From the NCBI GenBank assembly GCA_951406725.2, contig OX597814.1, positions 141,732,001-141,796,000 on the forward strand: 64,000 nt of DNA. The letters run 5' to 3'. Below the pieces are notes generated by a model. It was given only the letters and a program-made list of their open reading frames with translations. It was not told where the DNA came from and did not search any database. Below, in pieces: positions 54,856-64,000 of this stretch; position 1 is the stretch's first letter, and every line of letters starts with the position of its first letter. Origin of the DNA: Octopus vulgaris. Taxonomy: Eukaryota. The translations under genes and the position numbers were made by a program.

Positions 54856-57800
54856 AACCAATAGAATTTAGTCATTCTTCTTCTTACTAACAAGAAACAA
54901 GTCTATTTATTTATGTAGTATAAGAATTTTCGAGTCTTTAAGCCAGTGAATTCCTTGCTGTTTTGAGCTACTGTTTGGATATTGAATCATTTTTCAGGAA
55001 GTTGGGATTCTTGTAAAAGTGGTTGTTGGTTAGAGAACTGTGAGGAGTAAGATTTGTAAGAAAATACAATCAAGTTTTACTTTCTGTGGAGTAAGCCATG
55101 TAATCAGACATCAAGGAGATTGTTTTTTTTTTTTGTTTGTTTTTCTTCCTTTTTATCAATTGAATTGTTCTCAGTAAATTTTGAATTTGTGGTATTGTGT
55201 TAGTGTGATAGTTTCAGCAAGTTCAAGAAATGTGACCGAAACATTCTCTTCCTGCAGCTTTGGTCTGGGAAAGTGTTTGATGCTTCACCTAGTAATGCTG
55301 GATTTTATTTTTGCACTCCATTTGTCAATTCTTTTTTCAACTTTGATATGGTGTAAACAATTGTTGGTTGCTTAGTTCTTCTGTAACCTCACATGATGGT
55401 TTTCATGGGTCCATTCCAATAATGCCCCCCACCCAATTGGTTGTGAATATTGAAGGTTGTCTGTGACTTTCTTTATCTTTAAGGCTCTGTTCTTCACTAC
55501 AGAATTTTTGGAATTTGTGTTGAGTTAGCCATTCATCGAATCCTATGGCTAAGTGCTTTACCGATTTTTAGAAACACCTTCTATTGCTTTGTGCTCCATT
55601 TCAAATTCCTACAAGGAATTCTCTTGAATTTGCTTTTGTCGTCTTTAAGCCAAATCATTAGCATAAATCAACATAAATCTGTGCTTTGAAATAGTATATT
55701 ACATGAACGTAGTTAAATGAAAAGAATTATTTCAAAAGAAAATCTGCTTTATTTCTGTACCAACCTTATACTACACTATACCTACAACTATTATCCTTGC
55801 TTTAATAGTTGCTATTCTCACTTGAGGAAATGTAAGGTTAGATTTGTAATGATTGGTCATTTTTATTCTGTTGGTGTTAAATATTTGATTAGAACTGTTA
55901 GATTCGTTCTATCAAACATTTAAAGTTATAGTTGAACATAAGCTGATAGGACAACTGTTATAAAAGGATATTGTTTACAAACGTTCAGTATGTCCCCATT
56001 TTAAAAATCTTTTGTCTTTAAGATGTCACAAAGCCTCTTTAACAGAAATGCTAGTTTAAACATGGTTCATATGTGAGTGTGTATATTCACATTCTTAATC
56101 CTGTTTTCTAAAGCTGAAGAGTTTACTGACTTCTGTTGTACTTAAAAGTTTAAAGGTTGGTTGAATAACCAGAAGATTAAATGGAGAAATGGATGCTTAT
56201 TTGATTTCATTTCCCACATGCTTAGCTCCAGAATATGAATAACATTCTCAAATGTATTAGAACATTAAGACATAAAATGCAACATATTATATGCAAGATT
56301 GGTTTCTTGTGTAAAATTGTTAGATATCTTTTCAATTTATCCTGATCAATTATAATGAACTTCTGAGCCTATACTATGAATGCAATTTTTTTTGTTATAA
56401 GAATTTGTAAGGCTTTAATTAAAATTTCATGCAATGGCTTTTATTAACGAGTTTAATATGTTAGGTATTTCAAGAGCTTTTATATCCATTTGTTTTTGTT
56501 GCATTTCAACTTTGATTTTCACACGTTTGGTTTAATTTGTGTTTATTCATACCTCAATAAATAACACAAGTTTGCAATAGAATCTACTGTAAAACATTTG
56601 GTATTTTATAGCCAGTCTTCAACTTCTGATAGGCAACCTTGGCAGTTCTTATACCATTCAAGGTGCTTTTCTTTCTAGTTCATGATTGATGACTCTCTTG
56701 AGTGAATATGTGATTATCTAAAAACTTCTATATCTGCTGGTAATGTTTATACAACATACCATTTTATATGGTGTTCAATTCATTTTGTATGAGGAATATC
56801 TGATTTTGGTTCAGCAAGCAAATAACCACACAGCTACACTTGTCTACAATAGAGATAAGCTTGCTTTGCAATCACATGGTTTTGGGTTCAGTTCCACTGC
56901 AGGACACCTCAGGCAAATGTTTTCTATTGTAGCCACAGATCAGCCAAAGCCTTGTGAGTGGATTTGGTAGATAGAAACTGAAAGAAATGTTTCTCCTTCT
57001 CTTGACCTTGTGTGATTGTTGTAAACGAATGTCACTGTCATACAAGCAGTGTCATTCATTTCCAATATTCTGCAAAACATGTCTGGCCATGGGAAAATAT
57101 TACCTTGAAAACAGGAAGGGCATCTGGCCATAGAAAATCTGCCTTAATACCCATGTAAGCATGGAAAAGTAGAAGTTAGTGATTATCATACAGCAAGATA
57201 ACCTCTATTACTAAAAAAAATCTATTTTGATGAATTTCTTTAAGATTGTGTAATGACCAATATATTTTAGACAAAACGAAACGGTATTCTTAATTTTTTT
57301 TAAGAATGTTGGCATGTTGGTTAGTCACATTCCTGCTTTCGAATACTCCATATATTTTAGACTATAAAAGAATTGGTATTGCTTAACTGCAGCCTGGCAA
57401 GAAACTGTCTTCTCGCGAAACAAAAATTCCATTTATAGCACCAAAGGAACATGAATGATTGGAATCTAATATGTATCCTTAGTGTCTTCACAACTATCTT
57501 TATTCCATTGCATTATCTTGGAAATAGTTTGGTAGCAACATTATTGGAGCATCTTTCTGTAGCCTCATTGTTTTGTTTCAAGTTAGCCCTGATTAAACAA
57601 ATGTATGATCAGACATTCCACCCATGACGTACCATTTTTCATTTGGACAATATATTTGGATTACTTTTTTTACCAGTGTCTCTGACAGGGAGGTATAATT
57701 TGAGATCTTTAGTTGGTATTGCTTGCAGGGTAAGCAGTCTTCTTTGGTTCATTTAGCACCAGGCTGTAAAATATTGGATTAGATAGTTGAAGTGAATTAA

Positions 57801-58589
57801 TATACTCCCAGATATTGAACAGCTTGATAAAAATTTATCCATTATATATTGATCTGTATAGGAATGAAGATCAAAATTAATATTTTCTCAACTGGTTTGT
57901 TCTTAAATTGCCTTTCAAAATAATTCAGAATGTGAAAGTATTGTACAATGTTAACTTTACATTTCTATCACTTACGATAAAATGAAACTTGATTCACTAT
58001 TGCTTGTTTAACTGGTCTTGATTATGGTTATTTTAGTAACTGCTACACTAATCCACTAGGTATGTTTCCTAACAGGCCACATACCATAATAGTTTTCATC
58101 TGTACCAGTTTATTGGAATACAGCATCTGTTGAACAATCAAAATCTTGGATACCACTGCAGATTACAGCTGTAAAATATTAAGCTTTTTCATTGAGGAGT
58201 ATTTCAGTGAACCTAAACAAATGGTTTACTTGAGCTTCTACTATTTATCTGGAGCAAATTCTTGCTTTTGATATGTTTTTGAAAGCTCCAAAATATATTC
58301 TAGAATTGTAATTTAGTGTTTGAAGCTTGTTGTATCTGAAAGTAATTCAAGCAGAAAAGGCAGAGGGTATAATTAGATCTTGCTCCAAGTGCAGAATGTA
58401 CCAGGAGTCAGCTCGAATTGGGTTAGGGTTAGTAGTGAGGAGGTGAGTCTCTTTCATAGGTGATTGATCTACCAGAAGCAGTAGCCAGACGTCACTCCTC
58501 TTTCAAAGGATATATCCCATCTCAGCATGTAAGATGTATGTAAAAGATGTGAACGATACATCTGTTCAGTGTCAGCCTGGGGAAAAAGT

Positions 58590-58860
58590 TTGAGGTTACA
58601 GAAAGGTGTTCCAATAATGTTGCTACCAAACTTTTGCCGATGCAATGGAATAAGGATGATTGTGAAAACACTGTTATTAGATTCCAATTGTTTCTTTTAT
58701 TTTAGTTCTAATATATGTTTATGGTGGTCAATAGTCGTACTAGAATACTTTCGATAAGTACGCTTGTTCAAATCTGACTTGGGGACAAACAACTGATAGT
58801 CTGTATAACTTGATAGTCTACTTTTCAATAACTATAGCAATATCAAAGATGGGTATATTT
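58590..58860 (+). mobile_element. Decayed Helitron Pif1-type helicase fragment
   Basis: ORF 58569-58757 (LRLQKGVPIMLLPNFCRCNGIRMIVKTL) resembles LxLKxGxPIMLLRNL..CNGTRLxV; ORF 58810 (YFSITIAISK) resembles FAMTINKSQG. Confidence 0.6.
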
Positions 58861-61800
58861 AAGAATAAATATAATTGGAATCCTATTTGGAAGCTTCCTT
58901 ATTCCAGTTGTCTTGGTGACTTTCATTTTTACACATGCTGTCTATCAAATTCTACCTTCTGTTTTTGCTATTGCTCTCATTTCTTTTACTGAATTTGCAA
59001 GATTTCTATCCTAATGGTTGGTTCACTAAACTTTACACATTTTCTAGTCTCTTACACCTGCTGTTGGCAATTACATTGTGGCTGTTTGATTGCATTTGTT
59101 TTTATGTTATTTGTCAAGTGATGCATACTCCACTCAGTTCTTGAGGTTGTCAATATTGAAGAATCATGAACCGTAGATCTCTCTGCAGAGATTTCCTTCT
59201 GACATCTTGACTTTAAAGAATGTTATTTCTTTAGCTTAGGTGTTTGTGTTCGATTAGCAAGGAAGGAAAAATGACAGACCTGACAACATGGCGCAATGTT
59301 AGAGATGGTAATGTAATAACTGAAGAACATCGAAATGCTGTCAAAAAATATGCAACAACTGAAAAAAAAAAAAGCCAAAAAATATAATAAAATACATATT
59401 GTAAAATCTGGTTGGAAGGAGGAATATTGAAGCAAAAGAAACTGAGATTTATAGGTATTTTAAAATATTGCAAAACAAAATAACTAAACCATAAGCAAGT
59501 GTTTTATGACAAATAAAACACTATATTCTAGTTTGAAAAGCCTATAGTAGCATAGTTAAAGAGTAATATAAAATTTCTTTCACCTATACTTATAAAGTGT
59601 GTGTAATACTGATTTCTAAAACTTTGGAGAAGCTCAATAGATATAAGTGTGTGAAAGAGAGAGATTCCACATTTTGAAATGTTTAACAGATTAGTGTGTT
59701 TTTGGAAATGTTTTAGAGGTAGGGGAAAATATATAACTATATTTAAAATAGTGTCAATGTTGTACATGTTTTTGTTGGTAATGTTTGGTTAGCTTAGGTA
59801 TGTGAGTGAAGTGATAAATATATTAAATACAAATAGAAAAATTTGTGACAGAAATGTGTGAAAGGATTGTAGTATAATAACTTGTTAAAAATATGAAATA
59901 TTTATATCTTACAATTTTTGACAAATCAATGAATTATTTCACCATGTGAATCTTGTTACTGGCATGCTTTCAAATGTTTGGAATATAACTAGTTTCCATT
60001 ATATGTAAAATAATCATATCCATATAAATTTAGTTTCACAATAAGATTAAGAAAGCTATACCAACCAATTTGTCTCTAGCTGATCAGGTCTCGCAGACTT
60101 TTCCTTTCAATTTGGAAAGATAACCAAATGGAAGCATCCTTATGAAAATGGGAACAAAACTGGTTTCTGGGTTCAGTCCCACTGCGTGGCAGCTTGGTGA
60201 AGTGGCTTTGGGCTGATCAAAGCCTTGTGAGTGGATTTGATAACCGGAAACTGGAAGAAACGTGTGTGTGTGTGTGTGTGTGTGTGCGTGTGTGCGTGCG
60301 TGCGTGCGTGCGCGCGCCCCCCCCCCCCATCACTTGACAACTGATGCTGGTGTTTGTCCCTTTGACTTAGTATTTATTCTATCAGTCCCTTTTGCCAAAC
60401 TGCAGAGTTTGCAAAGTCGATTTCTTTGACTAACACCTTTTAAGGCGGTGCTTGGCAACAGTCAGATGACTAAAACAAGCAAAAGAGTAAAAGAATAAAG
60501 CTCTGCTAGGTGCCCAATAAAAGAAGAGAAGGTTACAGCATGACGATACTATTTTTCTTTTTTGATTGCTTTGGAAGAAGTGGCCACATTCATGTGTCTA
60601 TACACACAATCTAAGATCAGTTATGTCTGCATTTTCATGTCTTTTTTTCCCATACTGGTACCAGTTGGAAGAGACTTGTTTGCGTGGTGGGGGTGGGTGT
60701 TTTAAGATGATAGGGTGGTTATGGTTAGAAGACTTTTGATGAGATCAACTTAGTCAAAACTGACCTGGAGTTAAAAAATGCCATCACTATTATTAATTCT
60801 CAGTCTTCCTTGCTAGAATATTGTCTCTCTGGAATTTCTTGCTCCCAGCACATGTGTTGCTTTACCTAAACTTTTGAATTGTACTTTTACTATGTTTGTA
60901 TTATAAAGCCAGAGAATTCTGTTACAAACTGTCCATCTAGTATTACACTGCCCACCAAATTGATATTATTTCACAGCTAAATAATCTTAGTATTTACTCG
61001 TAGATTGTTTGAGCTTTGCTAACTAAACTCTGTATTAGAAGTCTTTGTTGACAACTGTCAGTCTGAACTTTACATAAAGATTTAACTAAGCAAACTGTAT
61101 AAATTAGCTCTTTCTTCTGTTTAATTTCCAGTTGATGATTTGTAATCCAATTTTGTAAATACTAAAACTATTTGTCATGGCTTGAAAGGAAATGTATTTC
61201 CAAATGATTTTACATTTCAGTTTGCTGAGCTAAGCTGACCACAAACACATTGGCTTGAGATTAATTTTGTTTTGTGTTTTTTTTTTCTTCATAGCTTTTA
61301 ATCCAGTTTCTCTTGTAACTTTTCTCTACAACCAATTCAAATTATTGACAGGATGATTTCCTTTGAAAACTGTTTAAATGGCATCAATAATGGTTATCTG
61401 ATAAAGAATAAAAAAATGGGGAAGGCATGATTGTTTTCAGAAATTTGCTTTGTAAGCTCATGGTTTGGCATTTAGTCTCACTGTGTAGTACTTTGTTTGG
61501 GTTAAGTATCTTCTACTGTAACCCAGCCTTGGGCCATCCACTTCCCTATTAGTGAATTTGAGAAATAGAAACATGGAAATTTGTTGTTAAATAGTGAGAC
61601 ACATAAACCTAGATTTACACAAATATACAAGTGTTGGTTTATTTGTGTCCCTGTAACTTAGTGGTTTGCAAAAAGAGGCCAATAGCTTAAGTACCAGCCT
61701 CAAGGGAAGGTGAAGCACTGGAATTGATTTCATTAACTAAATGCTGAAAGTGATGAATTAAAGTTGATGAAAAATAACAAAACTTCAAGGTGTTGTCCCA

Positions 61801-62419
61801 GCATGGTCTGCTGTCTGACTGAAACCAGTAAAAGAATAAAATAACACAATTACTATAAAAAAAATCCAATTTGAATACTTATTAGAGAGGTATTCTATAA
61901 ATTATTTTACAAGCTTTACTTACGAAATTCAGCATTACATATTACCAAATACTACCTATGCACCTGCCATTCAGCATTCTTGTTCAAGTCAGACATTTGA
62001 AATTGCACTCATGTATGTAGACAATGTGTTTTGAAAAATATTGGATTTAGCTAATATATTGGTTGATGAATGGCAGAACTCAAAGTAATTTTATATATTT
62101 TAGTTTAAAATCCCTCTGATAGCCATAAAATACTATTTGTGTTTCCAGAGTTGTTTTAATTAAATATATTCTACAAAATTCATGGCATTGTACCAAAATC
62201 AGTATTTTTTTCTTTGTCCATTTTTATAGAATCTTGTTCTTGAACTTATTTCAGTTGGTAATGAGCTGGCAGAATCAACATGCCGGATCAAATATTTATC
62301 AGCTTTTCTTCTGGCTTTGAGTTCAAATTCTGCCAAAGTCAAGTTCACCTTTTGTCTTTTGGAGTTGATAAAAGTAGTAGTTGAGCAAATTTAGTGTTGT
62401 CTATAGTAGAAAGAATTTA

Positions 62420-62855
62420 TCGTGTTTCAGTCATTGGACTGTGGGCCATGGTGGGGCACCACTTTGAAAGGTTTTAGTTAAAAATTGAACCCAGTACTTT
62501 GTTTTTAAAGCCTGATATTTATTCTATTGATCTTTTTCCACACTGTTACAGGTACATAAACAGATCACCACCAGTCATGTAGTGGTAGGACGGATGGACA
62601 TACACACATACATACGTGTATGCCTGCATACATACATACACACCTGTGGGTGTATGCACATGTAAGCGTGAACATGCATGTACAGGCACACTATATGATG
62701 GGCTTGTTTAAATTTCCATTTGCCAAATCCTTTCACAAGGTTTCGGTTGTCCTAGGGCTACAGTAGACACCAGCCCAAGGAGTTTTGTAGTGAGTCTGAA
62801 CCTGGAACAACATGACTGGAAAGTAAACTTGTTACCACCCAGTCATGCCTGCTCC
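62420..62855 (-). mobile_element. CORE-type SINE (further copies ~60160-60500 + and ~61420-61840 +)
   Basis: TGTTTCAGTCATTGGACTGTGGGCCATGGTGGGGCACC..CAAATCCTTTCACAAGG..CTGAACCTGGAAC. Confidence 0.7.
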
Positions 62856-63329
62856 TTGTTTCAGACACCTTTTAAAATAAGCCATTTCCTGTGCTTGTCA
62901 TCAGTGATTTTTTTTTTATGGAAAATGAAAGTGTAAAAAAGATGGCTGGTGACATGGATATTTTTTTTGTTTGACCCATTTTATTATCTGAATGTCTACC
63001 TCATATATCCGGTTTCTCATTAAGTTTTTGTTTTCTTGTAAACTACAAGTGTTTTTTATTTGTTTTTTTTATGTATAGCTGGATTATTTTTCTGTTAACA
63101 ATCCAATGGATGGTTAAACTGGAAGTTCTATTTTACTTCTAGCCAAGCAAAGTTATGTACTTAGATTAGAAGCTTTATTGATCCCCAAAAGGATACTAAA
63201 TCCTCTTATGGAGTTTGAACTCTGAATGTAATGACAGATGAAATGTTGAGTATTTTGCTTGGCATGCTAACAATTCTACCAGCTTGCTTACAGAATTGTT
63301 AAACTGTGATCAAAATATTATCAAATCAG

Positions 63330-63529
63330 TGTAGGAGTAGCTGTGTGGTAAGTAGCTTGCTTACCAACCACATGCTTCCGGGTTCAGTCCCACTGCATGG
63401 CACCTTGGATAAGTGTCTTCTACTATAGCCTTGGGCTGACCAAAGCCTTGAGTGGATTTGGTAGACGGAAACTGAAAGAAGCCCATCGTGTGTGTGTGTG
63501 TCTGTGTGTGTGTGTGTGTCTGTGTGTGT

Positions 63530-63561
<32 letters not shown>

Positions 63562-63735
63562 CCCAACATTGTTGGAGAACCGATGCTGGTGTGTTTACAT
63601 CCCCGTAACTTAGTGGTTCGGCAAAAGAGACTGATAAAATAAGTACTAGGCTTACAAAGAATAAGTCCTGGGGTCGATTTGCTCAATGGTGGTGCTCCAG
63701 CATGGCCACAGACAAATGACTAAAACAAGTGAGAG
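63330..63735 (+). mobile_element. CORE-type SINE, full length with internal (GT)n
   Basis: GTAGGAGTAGCTGTGTGGTAAGTAGC..GGGTTCAGTCCCACTGCATGGCACCTTGG..GGTGCTCCAGCATGGCCACAG. Confidence 0.85.
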
Positions 63736-64000
63736 AGCCCCTTTAATAAATTGAGTTTATTCACCGAGACCATCTCCCCCCCCCCACCAAGAAAAAGAAA
63801 TTTCTTTGAAGGGGCTGAGTCTGGCCATATCCAGCCTAAATATTCAACCAGTTTTATGATAAAACTAACCAGATCTGGCCTTTCATGCCTATTTTACAAT
63901 ATTTTTCTAAACTAAACAATCGTATCATGAAAATGTCTTACTTGCAAGGTAAAGCATGATTAATTCAAAACAATGTGAATAAACAAACATATTTGACAAA

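Noticed and set aside
59270-59390. Short reading MTDLTTWRNVRD.. with a possible GTAATG donor
   Set aside because: It is too short, has weak signals and no supporting context.

Overview
This is AT-rich, repeat-dense eukaryotic DNA. The SINE families, microsatellite load and RTE/CR1 remnants point to an octopus (coleoid cephalopod) genome; that is inferred by recognition, not by a search. I see no intact host protein-coding gene, and nearly all listed ORFs are microsatellite, SINE or decayed-transposon artefacts. The window falls into four parts. (1) 1-5868 is a ~2.1-2.4 kb tandem triplication carrying decayed exon-like segments on the minus strand. (2) ~9-26 kb is a CpG-retaining transposon graveyard: pogo/POGK-like, Ginger/GIN integrase with a nested hAT, two Helitron-type elements, an inverted pair of Penelope-type hammerhead motifs, a CR1 LINE inside a TIR element, and a Tigger split by a SINE, a hAT MITE and a fold-back mariner. 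(3) ~27-30.5 kb is a CpG-rich promoter-like zone with two plus-strand splice donors. (4) ~33-64 kb is CpG-depleted and intron-like, with SINEs, piggyBac-like MITEs, an RTE remnant and a Helitron helicase fragment. I cannot support a wholly new biological system. The best leads are the hammerhead pair with complementary lesions, an 80-nt hairpin, the Ginger element and the CpG mosaic. Boundaries are approximate unless TSDs or TIRs are given.
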